A model generated the notes under the pieces. That model was not told the origin of the DNA, made no database searches, and saw nothing but the letters and a program-made list of their open reading frames with translations. Made by a program: the position numbers and the translations under genes. This document shows positions 48,867-59,026 of a stretch of DNA of 64,000 bases, one piece after another (the first letter of the stretch is position 1; the number at the start of each line of letters is the position of its first letter). The stretch is taken from NCBI GenBank assembly GCA_963666735.1, contig OY762926.1, forward strand, positions 3,232,001-3,296,000. Reading direction: 5' to 3'. The DNA is from Gemmatimonadota bacterium. GTDB taxonomy: Bacteria > Gemmatimonadota > Gemmatimonadetes > Palauibacterales > Palauibacteraceae.

Positions 48867-51662
48867 ATGTCACGGTCGCGGCGGTCCAATCGTGGCCCTC
48901 TCGTCGGTGACAGCCCCACTCCCGGCGAGATCCACGCGCTCCCGGCGACCCTCGCCGCACTGATCGCAGCTCCGAAGCGACTTAGCGCGCGGCGGCTCTG
49001 GCGGGCTCTCGAAGAGGGAGAGAAGGCGTCGGCCCTCAAGGAACATATTCTCAAGAGGAAGGCTCGTGACGCGCTCGTACAGAGCGTGGCGGAAGCCCGC
49101 AACTTCCGTACGAAGACGGTGCGAGGCTGGAACGACAACAAGATCGTGGACTGGGCCCTGCGTGTAACGCCGGACAACCCGCTCGCGCGGGAGCTGCTGC
49201 AGACGCTGCACGTTGCCCGGCGCCGGGAAATGCTTGCGCAGTTTCTCGACAGTTTGGGTATCCCGAACGATGACGGCATTCGGCCAACGGATCCAGAGGA
49301 CGAACGCCCGGGTTCCGGCCCGGCCGAGGCGGATGTTCACGCGGCGGCAGACGACCTCGCGCGCGAACACGGACTCCGCCGGGTCGTCGTGTACTTTCTC
49401 ACCGCAGCGATTCTCGAAGAACCCTATACGGCCCACCTGATCGCCTGGTTGACGGCACTTTCCCCGGACGCCGCGCCGCCCGATGTCGCCTCGAGCGACG
49501 GCGAGCCGGCGGCCGCGCTGGACGATGAAGTGGAGGAAGAGGAGGGAGATCCGGCCCGCCACCGCTCCTTCACGACTCTCGACCGACTGCTCATCGAGGC
49601 GATGGTTGACGCCAGACAAGACGTTGTCGGTAGCTTGGAGGAGGACGAAGTAGACGATGCCGTGGACGAGTTCGTGAATTTGAACCGATCGCGGCAACAC
49701 TCATACTTCCATGTCGGACTTCGGGATGTCCTCTTCAAGGGCGGCGCATCGGCGGAACTCCCCGCCCCGAGCGAAGAGAGGATCCGGTGGTATTGGGCGG
49801 GCTCGATCATGGGGTGGGTGCGCTCCGAATCGTGGGCCGACATCGTGGCAGCCTACGAGGCGCACGCATCTGTACGCAGCCTCGGCAACGGAGCGGACTT
49901 TGCGACCAGGGCCGCCGCCCCTCACGTGGTCCACGCTCTCGCGCGAGAGCGGCGCGGTGGAGAGGTGGCGGGTTTCGTGCAGGTTCGCGCCCTGCTTCGA
50001 TTCCCTCAGCTGTTCAGGACGATGCTCGAGGTCGGGACGAACGCACTGCGCCGCGGCGAGGAGAGTGATGCGCGCGCGATCTTCGACCGGCTCATGGAGG
50101 CCGTGCGAGCCTTGGAAGACGAAGGCCAGCCACCGGCTTTCCGCCCCTTCCTGACCGTGCGGCGCCGTCGGGCGCACTGTCTGCAGCGGGCACTCGAGCA
50201 CGACCGTGCGCGGCGCGAGCTCGAGGAACTGCTCGACCTCGAGTTTGATCCCAACCACCGGGCGATGGTCCATGCGGACCTCGGCTTGCTCGCCGGGCGC
50301 TTCAACCGTTTGGAGGATGTGTCGCTGCCCACGAGCCGCGACGGGCTCCAGGATTTCGCCGACCGATTGAGCGAAGGAATCGAACATTTCGAGCGGTCTG
50401 TGGAAGGGGGCCACGATTACACGGCGCACGGACACTACTGTCTCGGCGTCCTCGGCATGGCGCGACGTGCGCTTGATCGACACAGAGGCGGCTTCGGGGA
50501 CGTCGAGAACCACCTCCTCCGAGCCTGGAGCCGTTTCGGCGGACGTGCGACAAGCTACGGGCAGGATCTTGTTGACCGGACGGTTCTTTACCTCGGGATT
50601 GCACGCGCCGCGCGGGCGCATTCTGCCGGGGATCTGTCACATGCGGCGGGCCTCATGGTCAACGCGCTGGATGCGGGAGCCGCGTTCCCCCCATATCTCA
50701 TTGACGCCGTGGTGGATGGTCTGGATCTGGGTGCGCCGGAGGATCTGGCACGATTCGCGGGGGCGCTGCTGAGGGCCTCCGGCAGCGAGGCGCTCGATGT
50801 GCTCGCCCGGAGCGCGACTGCCGTAAGACAATGCCGGGAAGTGACCGACGCGCTTCGCGGGCGCGCGAAGGAACGTGGGGCCACGGCGGCGGCGGCGGTG
50901 GATCTCCGGGCCTGCTTGAACGGTTACCTTGAGACCGGCTGTTACGACGACGCCGAAGACGTGCTGGATCGCTTGGAAACGCTGGCGGTGCGCGAGATCG
51001 GCACCGCTGAATTCGAAGCGCTGCTCTCCGACGACGCCAGCTACCAGCCAGCATGGGAGCCGACGGACGCTAAGGTTGCCCGCGCCCGCTGCCTCGAATC
51101 CAGGGGCGACATCACGGGAGTCTTCGGCCTGCTTGGACCCTTGGTTCATCAGTATGTAACGGAGAACGATGTACACTCCGCGGCCGGCCTGCTCGGATAC
51201 CTGCGGAGTATTGGGCTGCCGGACGACCATCTGACCGACCTGACGAGCCGAGTGGATGCCCGGCGGTCCGCACTCGTCGGCCGTTCGCGTGCCGACAGTC
51301 CCTCCCAACTCCGGCAGGCGCCCCCGTCGAAGGTGCGAGTGCTGTTTGTCGGCGGAGACGAGCGGCAGGAGAAGAGTTCGGGCGCCGTCAAGGACGCGGT
51401 GGCGAGTCGCTCAGCCAACGTCCAGGTAACGTTCATCCACCCGGGGTGGAGCGGGAATTGGAGTCCGTGGCTGGAGAAGACCAAGGCCGAACTGGAGAGG
51501 CACGACGCCGTCGTCCTAATGCGCTTTATGCGCACCCAGCTGGGCCGACAGATCAGAAAACGCTGCGGTGGGAAGCCTTGGCGCTTTTGCTGGGGTGCGG
51601 GAAGAAGGACGATGACGGACGCGATCCTCGAGGCGGCGGACGCGGCGCGTGGCTTGGACTGA
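48867..51662 (+). CDS. Large helical-repeat protein with C-terminal DUF2325-like domain
   Basis: 931 aa, GGAGG RBS, TPR-like helices, C-term VLFVGG...DAVVLMRFMRT. Confidence 0.75.
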   Translation: MSRSRRSNRGPLVGDSPTPGEIHALPATLAALIAAPKRLSARRLWRALEEGEKASALKEHILKRKARDALVQSVAEARNFRTKTVRGWNDNKIVDWALRVTPDNPLARELLQTLHVARRREMLAQFLDSLGIPNDDGIRPTDPEDERPGSGPAEADVHAAADDLAREHGLRRVVVYFLTAAILEEPYTAHLIAWLTALSPDAAPPDVASSDGEPAAALDDEVEEEEGDPARHRSFTTLDRLLIEAMVDARQDVVGSLEEDEVDDAVDEFVNLNRSRQHSYFHVGLRDVLFKGGASAELPAPSEERIRWYWAGSIMGWVRSESWADIVAAYEAHASVRSLGNGADFATRAAAPHVVHALARERRGGEVAGFVQVRALLRFPQLFRTMLEVGTNALRRGEESDARAIFDRLMEAVRALEDEGQPPAFRPFLTVRRRRAHCLQRALEHDRARRELEELLDLEFDPNHRAMVHADLGLLAGRFNRLEDVSLPTSRDGLQDFADRLSEGIEHFERSVEGGHDYTAHGHYCLGVLGMARRALDRHRGGFGDVENHLLRAWSRFGGRATSYGQDLVDRTVLYLGIARAARAHSAGDLSHAAGLMVNALDAGAAFPPYLIDAVVDGLDLGAPEDLARFAGALLRASGSEALDVLARSATAVRQCREVTDALRGRAKERGATAAAAVDLRACLNGYLETGCYDDAEDVLDRLETLAVREIGTAEFEALLSDDASYQPAWEPTDAKVARARCLESRGDITGVFGLLGPLVHQYVTENDVHSAAGLLGYLRSIGLPDDHLTDLTSRVDARRSALVGRSRADSPSQLRQAPPSKVRVLFVGGDERQEKSSGAVKDAVASRSANVQVTFIHPGWSGNWSPWLEKTKAELERHDAVVLMRFMRTQLGRQIRKRCGGKPWRFCWGAGRRTMTDAILEAADAARGLD

Positions 51663-51668
51663 GACGAG

Positions 51669-52382
51669 ATGAGGCCGGACATGACCGGGGGGGTTGCGCT
51701 CGTGACGGGCGGGACGAAGGGCATCGGACGCGCGATCGCGGAGCATCTGCTCGCCGTGGGCGCGTCGGTCGCCATCTGCGCGAGAACCGGGGCGGACGTG
51801 CGGGCCGCCGAGGCGGACCTCGGCGCGGGCGCGCTGGGCATCGTGTGCGACGTGGCGGATCCCGCCGCCTGCGAGCGCATGGTCGAGGAGACCGTGGCTC
51901 GTTTCGGCCGGCTCGACGTCCTCGTGAACAACGCGGGCCTCGGGATCTTCAAGCCGCTGCGGGAGATGAGCGTCGAGGAGTGGCGGCTCCAGATCGACGT
52001 CAACCTCGGCGGCGTCTTCTACTGCTCGAAGGCGGCGCTCCCGCACCTGAGCGCGAGCGGCGACGGCTTCATCGTGAACATCGCATCGCTCGCCAGCCGT
52101 CATCCCTTCCATGGCGGCGCCGGGTACAACGCGAGCAAGTACGGCCTCCTGGGACTCACCGAAGCGATGCTGCTCGACGTGCGCTACGACGACGTACGGG
52201 TGAGCATCGTGATGCCCGGGAGCGTGGACACGTATTTCAACGGCCGGGAGCAGGTGCCGGAGCGGACCTGGCGCCTGCACGTGGACGACTGCGCCGCGGC
52301 GGTCATGCAGCTCCTCTCCTATCCGAAGGAAGCCCACGTGAGCCGCGTCGAACTCCGTCCGTCGCAACCGCCCCGCAAGTGA
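51669..52382 (+). CDS. SDR-family oxidoreductase
   Basis: TGGTKGIG, NNAG, YNASK. Confidence 0.95.
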   Translation: MRPDMTGGVALVTGGTKGIGRAIAEHLLAVGASVAICARTGADVRAAEADLGAGALGIVCDVADPAACERMVEETVARFGRLDVLVNNAGLGIFKPLREMSVEEWRLQIDVNLGGVFYCSKAALPHLSASGDGFIVNIASLASRHPFHGGAGYNASKYGLLGLTEAMLLDVRYDDVRVSIVMPGSVDTYFNGREQVPERTWRLHVDDCAAAVMQLLSYPKEAHVSRVELRPSQPPRK

Positions 52383-53272
52383 CGACGGCGCCGGCGGGCC
52401 GCAGCGGAGCCCCGGCTGACGAACTCGGCGCCCACGTCTCGGTGGCGGGGGGCGTGCGGAACGCGCCGGGGCGGGCGGCGGAGATCGGGGCGGCCAACTT
52501 CCAGCTCTTCACGAAACAGCCGAACCGCTGGGCCGAGCCGAAGATCGATGACGAGACGGCGGCGGCGTTCAAGGCGGCACGCGCCGAGCACGGGATCGCC
52601 GTCGCCGGAGCCCACGACTCCTATCTGATCAATCTCTCCACACCGGACCGCCGGTTGTGGCGGATGTCGCAGCGCTCCTTCCAGGGCGAACTCGAGCGCT
52701 GCGCGCGCCTGGGCCTCGAGTTCCTGGTCACCCATCCGGGGAACGCCACGGACGGCGACATCGAGGAGGGGCTCACGCGCAACGCCCGGGGCGTGACCGA
52801 GTCGCTGGAGGCCGTGGAGGGCCCGACCCGCGTCCTCCTCGAACTCACCGCCGGTGCGGGGACGACGGTCGGGGCGAGCTTCGAGAACCTCCGCGCCATC
52901 CTCGACCGGATCCCGGAGTCGCAGAGGGATCGCGTGGGCGTCTGTCTCGACACGTGCCACGCCTACTCGGCCGGCTACGACCTGGTCGGCGACTACGACG
53001 GGGTATGGGAGGCGTTCGATGAAATCCTCGGACTCGAGCTGCTCGGACTCATCCACATGAACGACTCGAAGCACCCCTTCGACTCCCGCAAGGACCGCCA
53101 CGAGGAGATCGGAGCGGGCAGCCTCGGCGAGGGCCCGTTCCGGCGGCTGATGCGGGATGCCCGCCTCCGTCACGTCCCCAAGATCCTGGAGACCCCCAAG
53201 GGTGGGGACGGCGCGGACGCGGATATCCGGAACCTCGCCCGCCTGCGGAGTTACCGCGAAGCGAGCCGGTGA
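52379..53272 (+). CDS. nfo: Endonuclease IV
   Basis: GAHVS, HDSYLINL, HPG, DTCH, HMNDSK, DRH, ETP. Confidence 0.96.
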   Translation: MTTAPAGRSGAPADELGAHVSVAGGVRNAPGRAAEIGAANFQLFTKQPNRWAEPKIDDETAAAFKAARAEHGIAVAGAHDSYLINLSTPDRRLWRMSQRSFQGELERCARLGLEFLVTHPGNATDGDIEEGLTRNARGVTESLEAVEGPTRVLLELTAGAGTTVGASFENLRAILDRIPESQRDRVGVCLDTCHAYSAGYDLVGDYDGVWEAFDEILGLELLGLIHMNDSKHPFDSRKDRHEEIGAGSLGEGPFRRLMRDARLRHVPKILETPKGGDGADADIRNLARLRSYREASR

Positions 53273-53350
53273 AGATGTCCGATCCCGTGAGAGCCCGGTG
53301 CCGCGGCGCGTCCTCGAAGTCACGCTGGACCGGCGTGCGCGTCGCCCCGG

Positions 53351-54985
53351 TCAGTGCCAGCGTCGGCGTGAGGACTCCACGCGGTAGAGGATGTAGTCGC
53401 GCAGCGCGCAGGCCACGCGACGATCGATGTACGGCACCGTGATCTTCCCGCACGCCAGCTGTACCTGAAGCGTGGCCAGTCTCTTCCGGCGCTGCAGGGG
53501 GGACTGCCTGACGGTCGCGGACTGAACCTTCCGCATGAGGAACGCCTTCACTTCTCTTCCGGCGAATCCGGTGCGGCTGGCCAGTCCATCGCGGTCGTAC
53601 GCGTACCCCTGCCGGCGCCACCGCTGCCAGGCGGCGAGCGCCGCGGCCGGGATGGATGCGGCCCACCAGAAGAGGATCGTGGAGGTGCCGGCGAACATCC
53701 CGGCCCACGCCAGCAACAGGAGAGTTCCGAAGATGATGGCAAGGACGAAGCCGTAGCGCAGGGCGAGGGCGCGAATGTAGTGAGGCGACACCCGCTTGAA
53801 TTCGCTGCTTCCGGGAAGAACGGGAATCGCCGTCGCTTCCCGCGCGAACATCAACGCCCGCAGGTCCTCGGCGAGCCGGTCGCCCATGAGCGGTACCTCC
53901 AGCACGTCGGGCACTTCGAGGGCGGAGGCGCGGCCCATTTCCGGGGGGACGGCCGCGGCGGGGAGGGCGTAGAGCCGGTACCGTCGGAACCACCGCAGCA
54001 CGAGACCCTGACCCACGGTCAATTGCTGGATCTTCGGAGCCTCGACCACGACCTCGCGCTGCGTGAGGAGGCCGGCGCGCGAGCGGAACCTGCCGCCGCC
54101 GTGCCGGAGGGTGAAGTTGTAGTGTCGCAGGAACGCCGATGTCACCGTGAGGAAGAGCGCCACGCCCGCAATGGAGGCGACCAGGGCGGCGGCGAGCCCC
54201 ACCCGGGCGAGCGTCCCGAGACCTGTGAACGCGCTCGCCGCGCTGTCGATGCCCGACTCGACCGCCTCCAGGACGGGATCCAGGAAATCGCCCGGCTGGA
54301 GAAGATCGGCCAGCACGCCGACCAGCGCCGCCACGAAGATGAAGTTCCGGCTGGCGAGCCCGATGCGCACCATGTCGGCCGGGCCGAGCTTCAGCAGGAC
54401 GCGGCCCGGTCCAATGGCGGGCCGTATGTCCCCCGCCGCATCGGACGACGGGCTCGCGTCCGCCGCCGCAGAACCCTCCTCGCCCGCGGCGCGGCCCTCG
54501 AGTGCGGGTCGAAGGGCCGTCACGCTGCGCTGCAGCCGGTGGGCCACCTCCGTCTTGATCGACGGCAGCTTGCCCTCGGCCTGGACCGAGCCCGAGGTGT
54601 CCAGAGTAACCGTGACCAGCGCGAACAGACGGTCGACGGGAGACCGCCTGACGTTGATGCCCTGCACGCGCTCGTAGGGCAGGTCGAGCGCGGTCTTCTT
54701 GAGGACGCCCTTGTGGATGAGGAGTCTGTCTTCGGCGACCCTGAACCTGAAGCAGGCCCACTGAACCGCGCCCGCGACGAAGGCCAGAAGGAGAAGCGCC
54801 CAGAGCACGAGGAGCAAGACGCCGGGGACGCCGGGATCGTTCCGCACCAGCGGCACCAGCGCGATCAGCGGGATCAGAGCGCCCTGAATCATGGCGCGCG
54901 CCACGGTCTTGAAGATGTTTCCGGCGAAGAAGAGGATCGCGACGGGCGAGGAGCGTTGCCAATTGCCGGGGGCCGGCGAATTCAC
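53351..54985 (-). CDS. PH-domain membrane protein (YdbT-like)
   Basis: Three bPH_2-like repeats alternating with TMs. Confidence 0.85.
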   Translation of the reverse strand: MNSPAPGNWQRSSPVAILFFAGNIFKTVARAMIQGALIPLIALVPLVRNDPGVPGVLLLVLWALLLLAFVAGAVQWACFRFRVAEDRLLIHKGVLKKTALDLPYERVQGINVRRSPVDRLFALVTVTLDTSGSVQAEGKLPSIKTEVAHRLQRSVTALRPALEGRAAGEEGSAAADASPSSDAAGDIRPAIGPGRVLLKLGPADMVRIGLASRNFIFVAALVGVLADLLQPGDFLDPVLEAVESGIDSAASAFTGLGTLARVGLAAALVASIAGVALFLTVTSAFLRHYNFTLRHGGGRFRSRAGLLTQREVVVEAPKIQQLTVGQGLVLRWFRRYRLYALPAAAVPPEMGRASALEVPDVLEVPLMGDRLAEDLRALMFAREATAIPVLPGSSEFKRVSPHYIRALALRYGFVLAIIFGTLLLLAWAGMFAGTSTILFWWAASIPAAALAAWQRWRRQGYAYDRDGLASRTGFAGREVKAFLMRKVQSATVRQSPLQRRKRLATLQVQLACGKITVPYIDRRVACALRDYILYRVESSRRRWH

Positions 54986-55635
54986 CGGCCGGCGTTCCCG
55001 GCGGTCTCGGAGTGTTCGTCGGCATCCGTAGCGGGCGGCACCGCCGGGTCGATTCGTTCCGAGATGTACACGCGCATCCGCTCGGCGGTCTCTCGCCCCA
55101 AACCGCGAATTGGGCTGCCGCGGCCCCCGCCCGCCGGAAAGACCGACAGGCTCGCCAGACCGAACCGGCGGTCCAGCGGAGTGCTGTGGAGCTTGGTGTG
55201 CTGTACGCGGTTGAACGGAAACGCCTTCACGGAACGCCAGAGGACGCCGGACTTGTACAGGAGGTCTTTCTCGCGGACGACGTAGCCCCGGCGAGGCACC
55301 GCGATGAGCGGCCACAGGACGGACCACACACAGAAGATCCCCAGGGCCGTCCACAACAACGGCGCGAGCCACGGCAGGGCCTCCGAGATGAGAGCCCGGT
55401 TGCCAGGGGATATCGCCACTTGGAAAGCCCCGCCGCCCGCGACGCAGACGACGGACCGGATGATCGCTCCGACCTGGAGACGCCTCGCGAAACGAGGGTG
55501 TAGCGGCAGCCAGTCGACGGTGTCGGCGCCGGGCAGGGCATCGAGCGGCACCTCGGCGTTGAAGAAGCTGGCGGAAGCCTCGGGTTCGACCGGTCCCGAA
55601 TCCTCCCTCAGCCCCGGATCGCCCTCAGCGGCCAC
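54982..55635 (-). CDS. PH-domain membrane protein (YdbS-like)
   Basis: Two TMs, PFNRVQH..PLDRRFGLA. Confidence 0.85.
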   Translation of the reverse strand: MAAEGDPGLREDSGPVEPEASASFFNAEVPLDALPGADTVDWLPLHPRFARRLQVGAIIRSVVCVAGGGAFQVAISPGNRALISEALPWLAPLLWTALGIFCVWSVLWPLIAVPRRGYVVREKDLLYKSGVLWRSVKAFPFNRVQHTKLHSTPLDRRFGLASLSVFPAGGGRGSPIRGLGRETAERMRVYISERIDPAVPPATDADEHSETAGNAGR

Positions 55636-58207
55636 TGGCGGCCTGATCCCGGTAGAGCCCAAGGCCCTCCTCGAACGTCGCGATGACCTCGGCCTTGTGC
55701 GCCGGGTCGTCCCAGCGGTCCATCGAATGGAGATCCTCGAGCGTCCGCTCGATCCAGCGCACGAAGAAGGCGGCGTCCTCCCGCGACCGGATCGGCTCGC
55801 CGTCGGCGATGACGAACACCGGGTTCGTGTGCGCGAACAGGTAGCTGTCCATGGCGCCGTGCTGCGCCGGCCCGAGGACTCGGGCGGCGATCCAGCCGCT
55901 CCCGTCCATTGGCACATCGATCTCCGCCTCCAGCGTCCGGCCGTCGCCGCTCGCCTCCACCGTGTGGATGATCTCGCCGTTCCGGATGATGTCGAGGCGC
56001 TCCATCTGGAACAGCGAACGCGCGGTAACCGCGACCGTCACGCTCTCGCCGCTTGAAACCGCGAGTTCCTCGCCCATCCCCATGCCGTCCACGTCGAGCG
56101 TCAGGAGGGGGCCGCTCGTCACGAAAGCGTGGCCGCCGGCCATGGCGTCGGCCCACTCGTCGTAGTCGAGTTCCTCTTCCCCCGTGTAGACGTAGGAGCG
56201 CGTGGTCCCCACGGCCGGATGCCGCCACATGTCCGTCATGACGTCCGTTCCCGCCGTAGCCGGGATCCGCGAGCCGGTGTTGAGGAGGCGATACCAGATC
56301 GCGGCCGTCCCCAGTTCGTCGCTCCAGATGCAGGAGACATCCACGAAGTCGGCCAGCCCGAGGATCGCGTCGACGGGCAGTTCGCGCGCCCCGCCCGGCG
56401 CCGGGTCGGGCCCGCGGTGGCTGAGGCCGAACGGGTGCACGTAGCCGCCGATGCCGCCCTGTTCGTGCACGCGTCTGAGCACCGCCGCGTTGTCCGGGTA
56501 GAGCTCGCGGTAGGCCGTCCCCTCGTAGCCGATGTAGAAGGGGGTGATGAGTTCCACGAGATTCAGCAGCGACATGTGGGCGAAGAAGTTCGGCCGGTAC
56601 TCCTCGTTGTAATAGACGATCGTCCGCGGATCCGGGTGCGGGTGGGGGTGGCCGAGGAAATGTTCCAGATCCTCCACGCGACTGTTCGCCCAGTAGTTGG
56701 CGATCATCCCGTTCGCCACATTGAGGTCTTCCGCCAGCGCCTTGTTCCCGAGGTCGAGCGGCGTGACGAAGTAATGGCCGCCATAGTTCGGGTGAATGTG
56801 ATTGTCGCCCGAGTACCAGCCCTCCGCGGCCATGTCGATCCAGCGCTCCAGCCGCACATCCACGTTCGTCCACTCGCCGGCCCGCACGTCAACGGTCTGC
56901 GCGACGGGTTCGTACTCGAATCCGCGCCACACCTCGAGTTCCGCCGTCCCGGCCGGGAGGGTGACGGAGAAGCTCCCGTCCGTGTGGAAGTAGTAGTCCT
57001 CCGGCCCGCTCAGGACGCGGGGGAAGCTGCCGTCCGGAAAATAGCTCCGCCCGTCCGAGGCCTCCAGGTAGATGCGGGAAGGGATCCGCCGCCCGCTCGC
57101 GTCGCTTACGCGCACCTGCACCTGGCCCGTCGGTTCGGACCACGCGTAGTCCTCGATCCGCACCGGAACCGGCTCGCCGCCGCCGCGGCCCGTCGTGTAG
57201 AGCCCGAACCCCATCCCGCCGTCCGTCGTCCGATCCTGGCCGTGGATGCCCCCGTTCCGCGCGTAGACGAGGCGCTCCCCGTCGGGGGACCAGGACGGAA
57301 AATACTCGTCCGTCCGCGTGTGCGTGAGCCGAACCTGCTGGATTCCGGGGCTGGAACGGTCCTGCGCCGCGCCCGCCCGGTAGGTCGGGACCTGGTAGAT
57401 GTCGTTGTTCCCCGACGCGTCCGTCACGTACGCCACCGAGCCGCCGTGCGGGGCGACGACGGGTGAAGCCTGGTAGTTCGTCTCAATGCGGATGAGAAGC
57501 TCCGCCTCGCCGGTGTCCGCGCTCCAGCGCCACAGCGAGCCCGAGCCGAGCGCCGCCTCTCCGCGCTTGGAGACGAAGACGATATCGCCCGTTTCCCCGA
57601 TCCAGTCGCCGGCCATGTCGTTCGCCCCCGGGTGGGCGATGACCGACTCCATGGCTCCGGCGTCCAGGTCGTACGCCCAGAGGTCGAACGTCCCGTCCCG
57701 TCCGGTCGTGAACAGGATCCTGGACCCGTCGGGAGAGAACCGCGGCCGCATGTCGATGGCGGGGTCTTCCGTCAGCCTTCGGGATTCTCCCGTCTCGAGG
57801 TCGAGGAGGAAGATGTCGAGGTTGAGGTCGACATCCGCGGCGTAGGCGATGTGGCGGCCGTCCGGGGACCAACTCGGCATGGAGTGGTATCCGGCCCCGG
57901 ACGTGAGTTGACGGGCCACGCCCCCCTCGGCCGGGACCGCCCAGATCCGCCCCTGGTAGGCGAAGGCGATCGACGCGCCGTCGGGGGAAAACGCCGGATA
58001 GGTGGGAGACGCCGTGACGGGAGGCGGGAAGTAGCTCTCCATGTACATCTTCCCGGATCCGCCGATCCCGCTCATCGCCGGATACCCGCCGGGGAACGGC
58101 CCCGGATACCGATCCGCGTCCTGCCCCGCGAGTGGCAGCGCGGCGGCCCCGCCGCCAACGAGCAAGACGACTCCGAGCAGTCGCAGGCGGTGCAGCTTCC
58201 GCGTCAT
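55625..58207 (-). CDS. PD40/TolB-repeat plus CehA/McbA-like metallohydrolase
   Basis: SPDG repeats, WYSGDNHIH, AGTD, FVTSGP, AHTNP. Confidence 0.88.
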   Translation of the reverse strand: MTRKLHRLRLLGVVLLVGGGAAALPLAGQDADRYPGPFPGGYPAMSGIGGSGKMYMESYFPPPVTASPTYPAFSPDGASIAFAYQGRIWAVPAEGGVARQLTSGAGYHSMPSWSPDGRHIAYAADVDLNLDIFLLDLETGESRRLTEDPAIDMRPRFSPDGSRILFTTGRDGTFDLWAYDLDAGAMESVIAHPGANDMAGDWIGETGDIVFVSKRGEAALGSGSLWRWSADTGEAELLIRIETNYQASPVVAPHGGSVAYVTDASGNNDIYQVPTYRAGAAQDRSSPGIQQVRLTHTRTDEYFPSWSPDGERLVYARNGGIHGQDRTTDGGMGFGLYTTGRGGGEPVPVRIEDYAWSEPTGQVQVRVSDASGRRIPSRIYLEASDGRSYFPDGSFPRVLSGPEDYYFHTDGSFSVTLPAGTAELEVWRGFEYEPVAQTVDVRAGEWTNVDVRLERWIDMAAEGWYSGDNHIHPNYGGHYFVTPLDLGNKALAEDLNVANGMIANYWANSRVEDLEHFLGHPHPHPDPRTIVYYNEEYRPNFFAHMSLLNLVELITPFYIGYEGTAYRELYPDNAAVLRRVHEQGGIGGYVHPFGLSHRGPDPAPGGARELPVDAILGLADFVDVSCIWSDELGTAAIWYRLLNTGSRIPATAGTDVMTDMWRHPAVGTTRSYVYTGEEELDYDEWADAMAGGHAFVTSGPLLTLDVDGMGMGEELAVSSGESVTVAVTARSLFQMERLDIIRNGEIIHTVEASGDGRTLEAEIDVPMDGSGWIAARVLGPAQHGAMDSYLFAHTNPVFVIADGEPIRSREDAAFFVRWIERTLEDLHSMDRWDDPAHKAEVIATFEEGLGLYRDQAASGR

Positions 58208-58349
58208 TTGAACCTCCGTAGCGTCAAGCGTGGATCTGATCCTCGAAACAGTGGCCGGCAGGTGCGGTTGCCGCCAGACGACGGTCGACTCGACCTTGAC
58301 GCACTGCGATCCGTGACACTAGACTAGATAAAATAACTAGTTACACGAG

Positions 58350-58595
58350 ATGGTTATGATTGAAGTCGGAACCTTCGAAGCGAAGACGCACCTGTCCTCC
58401 CTCCTCAAGAGAGTAGCGGACGGAGAAGAAGTGCTCATCACAAGGCGCGGCGTACCCGTTGCCCGTATCGTCTCGGCGGGGTACGCCACCGGGGCCGAAG
58501 TCGATCAGGCGATTGAGGAATTGATCGCGCTCCGCGAGGGATCGCGACTGGACGGGTTGAGCTGGAAGGACCTTCGGGACGCCGGCCGCAGGTGA
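58350..58595 (+). CDS. Phd/YefM antitoxin
   Basis: EAKTHLSSLL..V..GEEVLITRRGVPVARIV; CTAG-rich operator-like DNA at 58318-58341. Confidence 0.92.
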   Translation: MVMIEVGTFEAKTHLSSLLKRVADGEEVLITRRGVPVARIVSAGYATGAEVDQAIEELIALREGSRLDGLSWKDLRDAGRR

Positions 58596-59026
58596 ACCCG
58601 TTCGTTCTGGATTGCTCGATCGCCGCCGCATGGCTGTTCGAGGATGAGGCGGCGCCCGCTACGGATGCTCTTCTGCGCCGCCTCAAGCGTGACGGCGCCC
58701 TCGTGCCCGGCCTCTGGCGGTTGGAACTGGGTAACGTCGTCGCACAGGCGGAGCGCACCAGGCGCACTGACGCGACGCGAATCGCACGCTGGATCGAGCG
58801 GTTGGAGAAACTCCCAATTGTCGTCGACCCGGAAACCGGAAGCCGCGCGTTCAGGGAGATCCTGGGATTGGCTCGGCAGGAGCGCCTGACGACGTACGAT
58901 GCAACCTATCTGGAGCTCGCGATCAGAAAGGCAATCCCACTCGCGACCCTGGATCGCGCGTTAGCCCGAGCGGCGCGGCGCCGGGGTGTCGCGATCCTGC
59001 CTCGGAACGAACGGACTACGTCATGA
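58592..59026 (+). CDS. vapC: VapC PIN-domain toxin
   Basis: VLDCS, LELGN, YDATYL, ATLD. Confidence 0.92.
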   Translation: MNPFVLDCSIAAAWLFEDEAAPATDALLRRLKRDGALVPGLWRLELGNVVAQAERTRRTDATRIARWIERLEKLPIVVDPETGSRAFREILGLARQERLTTYDATYLELAIRKAIPLATLDRALARAARRRGVAILPRNERTTS

